A stretch of DNA of 64,000 bases from Candidatus Lindowbacteria bacterium RIFCSPLOWO2_12_FULL_62_27 (lineage in GTDB: Bacteria > Lindowbacteria > 2-12-FULL-62-27), in the NCBI GenBank assembly GCA_001784175.1, contig MFPR01000002.1, positions 1 through 64,000 on the forward strand. The letters run 5' to 3'. Made by a program: the position numbers and the translations under genes. A model generated the notes under the pieces. That model was not told where the DNA came from. It did not search any database and saw only the letters and a program-made list of their open reading frames with translations. This document shows, one piece after another, positions 1 to 8,779 of the stretch (position 1 is its first letter; every line of letters begins with the position of its first letter).

Positions 1-20
1 CTCATCTCACCTTGCACCAG

Positions 21-2393
21 ATGATTATGACTCACAACCTCGAAAATTCACCCACAGGAAAACCGGAAGAGGCTAAAAAATATCTCTTTTTCTTATTGCT
101 GTTCTCTGTTTCCTGTTCCCTATTCCCTCTTCCCTCCCATGCTCTGTCGATCATGTACCCCGGCGAAGGTCTGAAGACCATCGCGTCGTCAGCGGGCGTT
201 GAAGTGAAGAAAGTCCTCGACGCGGACAATGACGCCAGCCGCGCGGCAAAAGGCGTGGTTGAAACTCTCGACCCGAACACGTGGGCGACGCATTTCGACA
301 ATTTCGACATGGACCTCACGCTCTCGGCCTATCACAACACCATCGACGGCAACCGCGCGCGCTCGTTTCTCAAACCGGGCACGCAGACCCAGGAGCAGGC
401 GAACATCAGCGGCAAGAAACGCTACGCGAACTTCGGCGGAGGGGACTTCGAGTTCAAATCCGCCATCCGCTCGACGGACGATCGGCAGGTCGACGCGGTG
501 AAACGCACACGCCTGCAGGGGCTGTACGGCATGTTCAGCCGCCCCGACGACTACTCGCTCCGGCTTGGCAACGTGAGTGGCTCGTTCACATCGTACTCGC
601 TGTCGTCGAGCGCGAATGTGGGGGCGCACCTGACGAAGGAATTGGGCGGGAAAAACATGTTCAAAGAAATGCAACTCTATTTCGGCCGGCCGACGCGTCA
701 CATCGAAGGCAGTTCGTTCACGCGGTACGTCGGAGGAATGCGCCTGTCGGACCTCAAGATGGAAGGCTGGGACGAGCTGGACAAATTCGGGCTGTCCTAC
801 GTCAAGACGAAGGACATCGTGGACAGCATCAAGGACACCAGCGCCCGCCCGGCGAACGCGGTGGAGAACCAGGTGGTGTCGGCGGACGCGAGTTTCAAGT
901 TCACGGACGACTTCACGGTGCAGGCGGAGTTTGCGTACGCGAGGACGGACCCGAACACACAGGCAAGTTTGGCGGACATTCTGCGGGGGCACGCGTACAA
1001 GGTGAACGGGGCGTACCGGGCCAAACCTCGACTGGGACTTGACGCGACGAGCATCACGTCCTCGTTCGAGGAGGTGGACCCCGACTTCCGCTCGACAAGC
1101 GGCGGCGGCTCGCCGGACGCGCGGCGCGTGACGATGGGCTTGAACAGCGGGATGAAGCTGTACGGCAACCTGCCGGACGTGTCGATGTCGTACAGCGGTA
1201 ACTCGAGCCGGAACAATCTGGAGGGCCAGCTGGCGCGCCGGACGACATCGACAGTTCACAATTTCAATTTCTCGTTCAAGCCGTTTCAAAAGAAAACGAC
1301 ACCCTCACCCCAACCCTCTCCCTCTAAAGAGGGAGAGGGGGCCAACGGCAGTAACCCTCTCCCCCTTGGGGGAGAGGGCAGGGTGAGGGGGACGCTTGAG
1401 CTGTGGCAGAACTTCCAGAAGAACGCAAACGTATCGACCTCGTTCGGACAAAACATATCAAAGGCCAGCGACAATTCGACCAAGAACGCGATCAACAACC
1501 AGAACTATCAGCTCTCCACGTCGGCCGGCCGGCACACGTTTTCGACGTTCTACCGCTACCAGATCACGCAGGAGAAGACAGCGGCGACGGGGGACCGGCG
1601 AAACGCGAGCAACGGATTGACGTACGGCCTCAAAGAAATCATGTGGAAGACGTTCCTCTATCCGCAAAAGCCTTTCTCGACCGACCTCACGCTGAACGCG
1701 ACGCGCACGCGCGACAAATCCATCGACGTGGCCGGCCGGTCGCACCAGCGGCAGTACGGGGTGGGGACGCAGACGAAAGTGAACGAGACGGAGCGGCTGG
1801 ACGTCGACTACAGCCTGGGCCTGACGGACAACTACAACGTGAACAGCGACATCCGGACGATGAACTGGAAGTGCGCGTATGTGGTTCAGAAGTTCATTCA
1901 GGAGGACGGGAGTTTCACTTTGTCCTATTCGTCCAATAAGACCGAGGAAGAGGTGACGACGCAGAACTACCGGGAGGCGGTCTGGCGCGCAGACGCGAAC
2001 CTCAAATGGGGCGGCCCGGCGCCGGAAGTGGTGGCGGCGAGGGACGCGGCGGAAGGCGCGGTGAAGGCGATTCTCGCCGTCTACTCCGAGGAAGACATCC
2101 TGAAATTCATGCAGTTGGTCAGCAAGAATTTCAAAGGCGACCGCATCGTCTTCGAGAACCAGGTCCGCGCGCTGTACGACCGCGTGGACGCGATCACGTA
2201 CGAAGGCGTGTGGGCCTCGACGTTTGTGCCGGGCGACAACGTCCTTGAAATCACCTTCCGCTGGCAACGCCGCTGGCGCGTCTACGCGACCGGCGCCGAG
2301 GAGACGGCCACCGGCGTCGCGCTGTTCCGGCTAGAAAAATCGGGTGACAAGTGGCTGATTCAGGAAATTCGCGAAACCAGTCCCCTGTTCTGA
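21..2393 (+). CDS. Exported protein, probable outer-membrane beta-barrel with a C-terminal NTF2/SnoaL-like domain
   Basis: Signal peptide KKYLFFLLLFSVSCSLFPLPSHA. Alternating amphipathic beta-strand pattern ends ADANLKW, followed by a ~120-aa alpha/beta domain. Start uncertain (TTG 12, ATG 21 or 27; the frame is open to the window edge). Confidence 0.6.
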   Translation: MIMTHNLENSPTGKPEEAKKYLFFLLLFSVSCSLFPLPSHALSIMYPGEGLKTIASSAGVEVKKVLDADNDASRAAKGVVETLDPNTWATHFDNFDMDLTLSAYHNTIDGNRARSFLKPGTQTQEQANISGKKRYANFGGGDFEFKSAIRSTDDRQVDAVKRTRLQGLYGMFSRPDDYSLRLGNVSGSFTSYSLSSSANVGAHLTKELGGKNMFKEMQLYFGRPTRHIEGSSFTRYVGGMRLSDLKMEGWDELDKFGLSYVKTKDIVDSIKDTSARPANAVENQVVSADASFKFTDDFTVQAEFAYARTDPNTQASLADILRGHAYKVNGAYRAKPRLGLDATSITSSFEEVDPDFRSTSGGGSPDARRVTMGLNSGMKLYGNLPDVSMSYSGNSSRNNLEGQLARRTTSTVHNFNFSFKPFQKKTTPSPQPSPSKEGEGANGSNPLPLGGEGRVRGTLELWQNFQKNANVSTSFGQNISKASDNSTKNAINNQNYQLSTSAGRHTFSTFYRYQITQEKTAATGDRRNASNGLTYGLKEIMWKTFLYPQKPFSTDLTLNATRTRDKSIDVAGRSHQRQYGVGTQTKVNETERLDVDYSLGLTDNYNVNSDIRTMNWKCAYVVQKFIQEDGSFTLSYSSNKTEEEVTTQNYREAVWRADANLKWGGPAPEVVAARDAAEGAVKAILAVYSEEDILKFMQLVSKNFKGDRIVFENQVRALYDRVDAITYEGVWASTFVPGDNVLEITFRWQRRWRVYATGAEETATGVALFRLEKSGDKWLIQEIRETSPLF
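102..136 (+). repeat. Five degenerate 7-bp tandem units (TTCTCTG TTTCCTG TTCCCTA TTCCCTC TTCCCTC) within the signal-peptide coding region
   Basis: Read directly from the sequence. Confidence 0.7.
1302..1391. repeat. Inverted pair of REP-like palindromes (CCCTCACCC..CCCTCTCCC-loop-GGGAGAGGG) inserted in frame in the CDS
   Basis: Two hairpin units, 1302-1339 and inverted 1355-1391, 90 bp in total. A near-identical copy is intergenic at 29143-29181. Confidence 0.85.
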
Positions 2394-2411
2394 ACAGCCG
2401 CGGCCAATACA

Positions 2412-3437
2412 ATGGCAGATAAACCCTCCGACGGCGTAAAGCCCCCTGATCCCAAGGGAAAACCGGCCAAATCAAAATCTAAATTCGACCTGCTGGCCGA
2501 CCTGGCCGACCGATCCAGCGCGGCGGAGAAATTGCTGGACGATGACCTTTCGCTGGACATGGCCGTCAACGCATCCAAGGCGGCCGGAGGACTCGACCCG
2601 ACCGCTCCGCAGCCGCTGAAATCCGCCGCGAACGTCGCGGGAAGAATCAAGGCCGCCGTCCAGATCCTGAAGGACGACTTCTCCCTGAAAACGCTGGAGC
2701 AGGTCATCACGCTATTCAAGGGCTCCAACAAGACGCTCGACAAAATCTTCGACGTGCTGGGAAAGATCCTCAAAAAACTCGGAGCGATTCTGTCGGGCAA
2801 GTGGATATGGACAGCCGTGGAGACATGGCACGAGCGGGAAAAAGCGAAGTTTGCGCTCCGGCAATCCACCGCGGAGGAGGACGTTCGGCTGGAAAAGCCG
2901 CGCCTCCTGAAAATGCTCGATCGGGTGGACGACTATCGAAAGAAGCAGGCGAAGGCGGAAAAAGTTCACGGCCTGTTCAAAAAAATCTGGAACTGGATCA
3001 AGCGGCTCTGGGAGCACAGTCAGGCCGTGGCCGCCAAGACGGTCGTGGCCGTCAAATCCTCCGCAGTGGCGATGACCGTCACAGCGTCCGTAGCCACAGC
3101 CGGAGTCGTCGGAACGGTGTATGTGGCCAAGACGGCGCTGGACGCATCCTCGAAGTCTGTTGCACAGATGCCCGAACATCCAGCCCAAATCGCTTCGACG
3201 GATACCGGCAAAATCTCACCCTCTTTCCCGCCGACGGACCCGATGCCCGTTCCTTCGCAGGTGGCATCCGCTCCGGCAGCCACCGCCTCTCCATCCCCAC
3301 CCGCCACCTCCGAGGCATCCCAACCGGTCGAAGAAAAATCACCCCCAGACGCCCCCGCCACCGGCACGACCCTTCAGGAAGGCGAATACACCATCGAGGA
3401 TCTGGAAAAACTTGGGATCGTTGTAAACGAGAAATAG
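2412..3437 (+). CDS. Hypothetical membrane-anchored protein (Lys-rich helical N-terminus, one hydrophobic segment, Pro/Ser/Ala-rich tail)
   Basis: 341-aa ORF with GC-rich third positions; hydrophobic stretch AVAMTVTASVATAGVVGTVYVA. Confidence 0.65.
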   Translation: MADKPSDGVKPPDPKGKPAKSKSKFDLLADLADRSSAAEKLLDDDLSLDMAVNASKAAGGLDPTAPQPLKSAANVAGRIKAAVQILKDDFSLKTLEQVITLFKGSNKTLDKIFDVLGKILKKLGAILSGKWIWTAVETWHEREKAKFALRQSTAEEDVRLEKPRLLKMLDRVDDYRKKQAKAEKVHGLFKKIWNWIKRLWEHSQAVAAKTVVAVKSSAVAMTVTASVATAGVVGTVYVAKTALDASSKSVAQMPEHPAQIASTDTGKISPSFPPTDPMPVPSQVASAPAATASPSPPATSEASQPVEEKSPPDAPATGTTLQEGEYTIEDLEKLGIVVNEK

Positions 3438-3636
3438 AGGGCGTAAAGCTCTTCCAAGCGGCACCCACCCACCCGGTTACGGGCGTTCCCATCCTGACAG
3501 TTGCCAGACGGCGTCAGAAGATTTAACATTGCGAGACAGGCGGAATAGAAGTAATAAATATGCCTTCGGGTACAAATCGGGTACAAATTCGAGGGTGGTT
3601 TTTGAATTCATTTGTAACGCATTGAGAATTAAGCGC

Positions 3637-3709
3637 GAGCCCGTAGCTCAGTCGGTAGAGCAGCGGCCTTTTAAGCCGTGTGTCGAGGGTTCGATTCCCT
3701 CCGGGCTCA
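3637..3709 (+). tRNA. tRNA-Lys (TTT), CCA not encoded
   Basis: Acceptor stem GAGCCCG/CGGGCTC, TAGCTCAG D arm, anticodon loop CTTTTAA, GTTCGATT T loop. Confidence 0.95.
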
Positions 3710-3722
3710 TACAGGGATGTAT

Positions 3723-3790
3723 TGTCCCTGTTGCCTCAGACTCAGGATTTGCCAGGGATGGCAAATCCCCCAGCCCAAGCAACAGGGACA
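3723..3790. repeat. Nested inverted repeat (outer TGTCCCTGTTGC/GCAACAGGGACA, inner GGATTTGCCA-GGGA-TGGCAAATCC)
   Basis: Perfect 12-bp and 10-bp stems read from the sequence. Confidence 0.7.
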
Positions 3791-3833
3791 CTCCGGCGCC
3801 TATACAGCGCCGCAGGAAAAATTTTCCCGAGGC

Positions 3834-3861
3834 TTGACAAAGGTTCCGGCGGATGTAGAGT
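3834..3861 (+). promoter_or_regulatory. Putative sigma70 promoter TTGACA-16-TAGAGT for the operon leading to rho
   Basis: Consensus -35 and 4/6 -10. Confidence 0.5.
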
Positions 3862-3930
3862 GTGATCGCGTTTGTCGAGTCGGACCATTTCCCAAAAAAC
3901 ATCGCTTCGGGGGACAACCCAATTCCATTT

Positions 3931-4797
3931 ATGGATGAACAGATTGAATTGACGGTCGGCCAGACGCTCCAGCTCTTTTACAAATTCGGACTCTCCGTCC
4001 TGCCCATCGTCAACGACCGGGCGGAGCTGATCGGCACGTTCGAGAAGTCGGACGCCGTGAGTTTGGGCACGTTGCGGTCCCGGCTCGAAGAGAAACTCGG
4101 CGACCACCTCGGGCGCCTCATGGTCCCGGGCGGGCCGGCGATCGAGCGGAGTTTGAAGCGGCTGCTCTTTGAGAAGGCCCGGTCGGTGCCGGTTCTGTCG
4201 AAGGATGGCCGGCTGTCCCATTACTGGCACGTGGGGCAGGAGACGATCGAGTCGGAACTTCCGATGCCCTACCGCGACCTGTTCTTTGCGCTGGTCGGGG
4301 CGCTTCAGCGGCCGGTGGCTGTGGTGTTTCAGGAACCGAGGGCGGGCGAGGTGGTCAGCGGGGCCTTTCAGAAACGCCTGGGGATTCCCCGGGACCGGGT
4401 CCGGTCCTGGCTGGATGAAATTCGATGGCAGGGCGGCAGCCAGGACGCCGGCATCGCGTTTCATCGGGACGAGCATGATCTGTCCGTCCTTCTCATCCGC
4501 TCGCCCCTGCGTCTTCGGGACCAGCATTTCGGCTGGTGGATCGAGACCCGCGAGGAATACGAGCTGGCGGCCGATTGTCTCTGCGCGGAACGCACCGCGC
4601 CCTCCGGCCGGCTCCGCGGCAAGGTGGGCGCGCAGGGTCTGCGCCGCGTGGTGCAGTTGTTTGAGCAGTACATGTTGAAGCAGGGCATGGCCCGTTCGGC
4701 CGGCGACCTCCGGCGCCTGACGGGCCTTCTGGGGGTCTCGCGGCAGAGCCTGCGCTACAAACTGAAAAAGCACCGGCTGGCTTCGAAGAAAAAATGA
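3931..4797 (+). CDS. CBS-domain protein with C-terminal Fis-type HTH (putative regulator)
   Basis: CBS-like motifs LSVLPIVNDRAELIG and SVPVLSKDGRL; C-terminal LLGVSRQSLRYKLKKH is HTH_8-like. ATG 3931 preferred over GTG 3862. Confidence 0.7.
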   Translation: MDEQIELTVGQTLQLFYKFGLSVLPIVNDRAELIGTFEKSDAVSLGTLRSRLEEKLGDHLGRLMVPGGPAIERSLKRLLFEKARSVPVLSKDGRLSHYWHVGQETIESELPMPYRDLFFALVGALQRPVAVVFQEPRAGEVVSGAFQKRLGIPRDRVRSWLDEIRWQGGSQDAGIAFHRDEHDLSVLLIRSPLRLRDQHFGWWIETREEYELAADCLCAERTAPSGRLRGKVGAQGLRRVVQLFEQYMLKQGMARSAGDLRRLTGLLGVSRQSLRYKLKKHRLASKKK

Positions 4798-5549
4798 AAG
4801 AATTTTCTGCGCTCTTTAAAAGTTCAATCGAAGGGTCTTTCGAGGATTTCTCGGCCCAGTTTTTGCGGCATCTCAGGCTTCTCCTCGGAAACGTCACCCG
4901 TTTCGAGGAGGTGGAAGACAGGCAGCTCGAAGGGATCGCCCGCGAGCTGGCCGATCCCGAATCGATCACCGTGCTCGAACACGGCGAGGGGGGGAAGACG
5001 TCGGATCTCCTGCTCCTCCCACTGAAGCTGGGGTCCGGCCGCGTCCGGTACGTCGTGGCGGAGGGGTCGCTGCGGCACGTCAACGTGGACGAGCTGCACA
5101 TGCTCAAATGGCTCTATGAAATCCGGCTCGACACCGACGCGAGGATTCAGGGGTTTCGGGCCGGCGCCGTCTATGACTGCGACCAGGGGATTCTCTCTCG
5201 CACGGCGATCCGGCAGATCTTTGAGATAGAAAAATCCCGCGCGGAGGATTTCGGGTCCGGGCTCGGATTCCTGATTCTGAGGCTCCGCCAGGACCGCTTT
5301 CAGGAGGCGCTCGAAACCGTCCGGCAGCACTCGCGCCGGACCGACTACCTCTTCAGCCTTGACGCCGCCCGCACCGGCGAAGTTCTGCTGCTCCTGGTGG
5401 AATGCTCGGCCTTCGGAAGCGAGGCGATCCTGCAGCGGCTGAAGAAACTCCTGGAATCCCGGCTTCTGTCCTCCGGATATTCGATCTATCCCCAGCAGGG
5501 CGAGACGGTCGATGAGCTGATGTCGGAGGCCGAGGGGGCGCTGGTCTGA
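4794..5549 (+). CDS. Degenerate GGDEF-domain protein (no GG[DE]EF motif, RxxD retained)
   Basis: GILSR..EIEKSRA..LGFLIL, RRTDYLF, SSGYSIYPQQGETVDELMSEAEGAL; ATGA overlap with the upstream gene. Confidence 0.6.
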   Translation: MKEFSALFKSSIEGSFEDFSAQFLRHLRLLLGNVTRFEEVEDRQLEGIARELADPESITVLEHGEGGKTSDLLLLPLKLGSGRVRYVVAEGSLRHVNVDELHMLKWLYEIRLDTDARIQGFRAGAVYDCDQGILSRTAIRQIFEIEKSRAEDFGSGLGFLILRLRQDRFQEALETVRQHSRRTDYLFSLDAARTGEVLLLLVECSAFGSEAILQRLKKLLESRLLSSGYSIYPQQGETVDELMSEAEGALV

Positions 5550-6281
5550 ATGGCCGAACTCAACGAACTTTTGTACCGCCTGGCGGCCGCGCCGAGGGCG
5601 CTGTCGGATCTGGAGAAGGACCTCCACCTGTTCATGTCGGAGCGGCGAATGCACGCGACGGTGCATTTGAACGTGCCGCCGGAAATTTACACGCCGGAGC
5701 CTTCGGCGTTTTTGGAAAGCGACGTTTTTCATCAGCGCGCGTTTCCGCTGGCGGCGGGCGATGTGGCGCTGGGGCAACTGAAGGTCTGGTCCTACCGGCC
5801 CCTCGAATCGACGCTGCTCGTGGAGGTCGAAACCTATGTCCATCCCTGGCTCCTTGCGTTCCGGCACCGGCTCCTGACGCTGGTGGGTCAGGGCAACCCG
5901 TTCGGCCGGCGGCAGTTCACGGCCACGGAGGTCGATTTTTACAAGCGGAGGCTCTGGTACGAGATCGAGCGCGGCAAGCGGTACAACGTGTTTCTGACCT
6001 ACTTTCGGACGGCCTTGCGGACCACGCCGGGAATTCACGAGGAGCGGATCGGGGACGCGCTCCACCGGATCCTCAGGCCCTTCGAACCCTCGCTCTGCCT
6101 CCTGCCGGGCCGGGTCGATTTTCTCAAGATCGGCCAGGCCGCCGCCGCGGCGGAGCGGTTCGTGCCGGAAGTGGAGGAGGCGTTCCGGCGGATTTCATGC
6201 GAGGCGCATACGATCGACCGGTGGACGTTCCCGAAGGATTTTTTCGAATACGAGGAATGTTTGGAAAAAATACAACTCTGA
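5550..6281 (+). CDS. Hypothetical protein with a highly degenerate GGDEF-like C-terminal domain
   Basis: FYKRRLWYEIERGKRYNVFLT resembles the GGDEF N-terminal helix; directly abuts the previous stop codon. Confidence 0.5.
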   Translation: MAELNELLYRLAAAPRALSDLEKDLHLFMSERRMHATVHLNVPPEIYTPEPSAFLESDVFHQRAFPLAAGDVALGQLKVWSYRPLESTLLVEVETYVHPWLLAFRHRLLTLVGQGNPFGRRQFTATEVDFYKRRLWYEIERGKRYNVFLTYFRTALRTTPGIHEERIGDALHRILRPFEPSLCLLPGRVDFLKIGQAAAAAERFVPEVEEAFRRISCEAHTIDRWTFPKDFFEYEECLEKIQL

Positions 6282-6290
6282 TACTTTGGA

Positions 6291-6336
6291 GAAGACAGAA
6301 GACAGAAGACAGAATACAGAAGAAAACAGAATAACA
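6291..6336 (+). repeat. 7-bp tandem repeat GAAGACA x3, GAATACA, then degenerate units running into the rho SD (GGAGG 6337-6341)
   Basis: Read directly from the sequence. Confidence 0.85.
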
Positions 6337-6350
6337 GGAGGTATACAAGC

Positions 6351-7610
6351 GTGGAATTATCGGAACTTCAACAGAAAACCATCAGTGAGCTGATCCAGAT
6401 CGCCAAGACCGTCAAGGTCGACGGGTACAGCGGTCTTCGCAAACAGGATCTGATTGTCAAGATCCTGGAGATGGACGAGACGGTCAAGCAAAAGGACGAG
6501 GTCCGGGGCGAAGGCGTCCTGGAGGTTCTCCCGGACGGCTACGGATTTTTGCGGTCGCCCAAGTACAATTACCTGACCAGCCCCGACGACATTTATGTTT
6601 CCCCGTCGCAGATCAAGCGGTTCAGTCTCCGCAAGGGCGATACCGTGACCGGCCTGGTGCGTCCTCCGAAGGACACCGAGCGGTTTTTCGCGCTGCTGAA
6701 AGTCGAGAAGGTGAATTTCGAGAATCCCGAAAAGGCGGGCGAGCGCGCGCTGTTCGACAACCTGACGCCGTTTTATCCGACGAGGCGCCTGAACCTGGAG
6801 TTCAAAGCCGTGAATTACCTCACCCGGATCCTCAACATGTTCACGCCCGTCGGCAAGGGCCAGCGCGCCCTGATCGTCGCGCCGCCCCGTACCGGCAAGA
6901 CCATCATGTTGCAGGACATCGCCAACGCGATTTCGACGAACCACAAGGAAGTCTATCTGATCGTTCTTCTGATCGACGAGCGTCCGGAGGAAGTGACCGA
7001 CATGGAGCGCAACGTCAAAGGCGAGGTGATCTCGTCGACCTTCGACGAGGCCGCCAAGCGCCACACGATGGTGACCGAAATGGTCCTCGAAAAAGCCAAG
7101 CGGCTGGTCGAGATGGGCCGGGACGTCGTGATCCTCCTGGACTCGATCACGCGCCTGGCCCGCGCCTACAACCAGGTCGTCCCGAGCAGCGGCAAGGTCC
7201 TGTCGGGCGGCGTCGATTCGAACTGCCTGCAGTTTCCCAAACGATTCTTCGGCGCGGCGCGGTCGATCGAGGAGGGCGGCAGCCTCACGATCATCGGCAC
7301 CGCCCTCGTCGAAACGGGCAGCCGGATGGACGACGTGATTTTCGAGGAGTTCAAAGGCACCGGCAATTCCGAAATCGTGCTTGAACGCAAACTCTCCGAC
7401 CGCCGCATTTTCCCCGCCATGGACATCAAGCGCAGCGGCACCCGCAAGGAGGAGCTGCTCCTGTCGGAGGAGGAGCTCAACAAGCTGTGGATCCTCCGCA
7501 AGGTCCTTTTCGACCAGCTCGGCTCGCAGGAGTGCATGGAGCTGATTCTTGAGAAGATCAAGATGACGAAGACCAACAAGGAATTCCTGGCCTTGTTGAA
7601 CAAAGGATGA
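6351..7610 (+). CDS. rho: Transcription termination factor Rho
   Basis: [59 protein letters not shown] plus GTG. Confidence 0.98.
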   Translation: MELSELQQKTISELIQIAKTVKVDGYSGLRKQDLIVKILEMDETVKQKDEVRGEGVLEVLPDGYGFLRSPKYNYLTSPDDIYVSPSQIKRFSLRKGDTVTGLVRPPKDTERFFALLKVEKVNFENPEKAGERALFDNLTPFYPTRRLNLEFKAVNYLTRILNMFTPVGKGQRALIVAPPRTGKTIMLQDIANAISTNHKEVYLIVLLIDERPEEVTDMERNVKGEVISSTFDEAAKRHTMVTEMVLEKAKRLVEMGRDVVILLDSITRLARAYNQVVPSSGKVLSGGVDSNCLQFPKRFFGAARSIEEGGSLTIIGTALVETGSRMDDVIFEEFKGTGNSEIVLERKLSDRRIFPAMDIKRSGTRKEELLLSEEELNKLWILRKVLFDQLGSQECMELILEKIKMTKTNKEFLALLNKG

Positions 7611-8473
7611 TCTCTCTCACCGTTCTCATCCCCGCCTACAACGAGGCGCCCGTGATCGGCGAAGTCGTGCGCGGATGCCGGGAGGCGCTGGCGGGCCAGG
7701 TGTCGGACATCGAAATTCTGGTCGTCGACGACGGCTCGACCGACGGAACCGGCGCCGCCGCCGAATCGGCGGGCGCCCGCGTCGTTGCCCAGCCGATCAA
7801 CCGCGGGTATGGCCGGTCGATCCTGACCGGGATCGAGCATGCGAAGCACAACTGGATCGGCCTCATCGACGCCGACGGATCCTATCCGCCCACCGCCTTC
7901 CGCGATCTTCTGCCGTACGCCGAAAAATACGACATGGTGGTCGGCGCGCGCACGGGATCGGTCTTCTGGGGATCGGCCCTCAAATTGCCCGCGCGCATGA
8001 TGTTTCATCAGCTCGCCGAATTCGTCACGGGCCAGAAAATCCCCGACCTCAATTCCGGCATGCGGCTCTTCCGCAAGGACCATGCCGCCGCCGTGGAATT
8101 GAAATTCAGCCAGGGCTTTTCGTTCACCACCACCCTCACCGTCGCCTATCTGTCCGAGCACCGGACCGTCCGGTTTGCGCCCATCCCCTATCACCGGCGA
8201 ATCGGCCGGTCCAAGGTCCATTATTTCCGCGACACGCTCCGGGCCGCGCAGATCCTGATCCAGGCCGTGGCGTTTTACAATCCGCTCAAGGCGCTTTTGC
8301 CGTTTGTTCTCCTGCAGGCCGCGCCCGCGTTTCTGTTTTTCGTCATCTGGTTCATCGGCGGGTCGACGCGGGTCGCCCCCTTCGCGGCTTCGATTCTCCT
8401 CGTCGGCGCCTGCGTCACGGCCGCCCTCGCCATGGCCATCGACGTGTTTCGAACCGCCTCCCGGAAAAAGTAG
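7607..8473 (+). CDS. Glycosyltransferase family 2 (DPM1-like) with C-terminal TM helices
   Basis: [39 protein letters not shown]. Confidence 0.9.
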   Translation: MISLTVLIPAYNEAPVIGEVVRGCREALAGQVSDIEILVVDDGSTDGTGAAAESAGARVVAQPINRGYGRSILTGIEHAKHNWIGLIDADGSYPPTAFRDLLPYAEKYDMVVGARTGSVFWGSALKLPARMMFHQLAEFVTGQKIPDLNSGMRLFRKDHAAAVELKFSQGFSFTTTLTVAYLSEHRTVRFAPIPYHRRIGRSKVHYFRDTLRAAQILIQAVAFYNPLKALLPFVLLQAAPAFLFFVIWFIGGSTRVAPFAASILLVGACVTAALAMAIDVFRTASRKK

Positions 8474-8475
8474 GT

Positions 8476-8739
8476 ATGTTCTGGTCGGCGCTCGGCCTGA
8501 TTCTGACCGGCACGGTGTTTCTCCTGATCGAGGTGTGTCTCTATCCGGGCAAAATCATGAACGCGATCCTGGGCGTGGGGTTTCTGGGCTGGGGCATGTA
8601 TTTGTTTCTGGAGCATTTCCCCCCCTGGCAAGGCCAGTTGGCGCTTCTGGCGACGCTCGTTGTGGTGTCGGTCGTCCTGATCGTGGCCCTGCGGATCAAA
8701 ACGGTGTGGCAGATGTCCAAGGAAGAATCGTCGAATTAA
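8476..8739 (+). CDS. Small membrane protein, NfeD N-terminal-like (87 aa)
   Basis: [25 protein letters not shown]..., three hydrophobic segments; ATG 2 nt after the upstream stop. Confidence 0.65.
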   Translation: MFWSALGLILTGTVFLLIEVCLYPGKIMNAILGVGFLGWGMYLFLEHFPPWQGQLALLATLVVVSVVLIVALRIKTVWQMSKEESSN

Positions 8740-8740
8740 T

Positions 8741-8769
8741 TTGACTCCGACCGCGTTCAGTCATACCAT
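8741..8769 (+). promoter_or_regulatory. Putative sigma70 promoter TTGACT-17-TACCAT
   Basis: Good consensus match; ATG follows 10 nt after the -10 hexamer. Confidence 0.4.
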
Positions 8770-8779
8770 TGGAGAATTT

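Noticed and set aside
3529-3938. Short ORFs spanning tRNA-Lys
   Set aside because: Overlap a clear tRNA gene and palindromes; no coding signature
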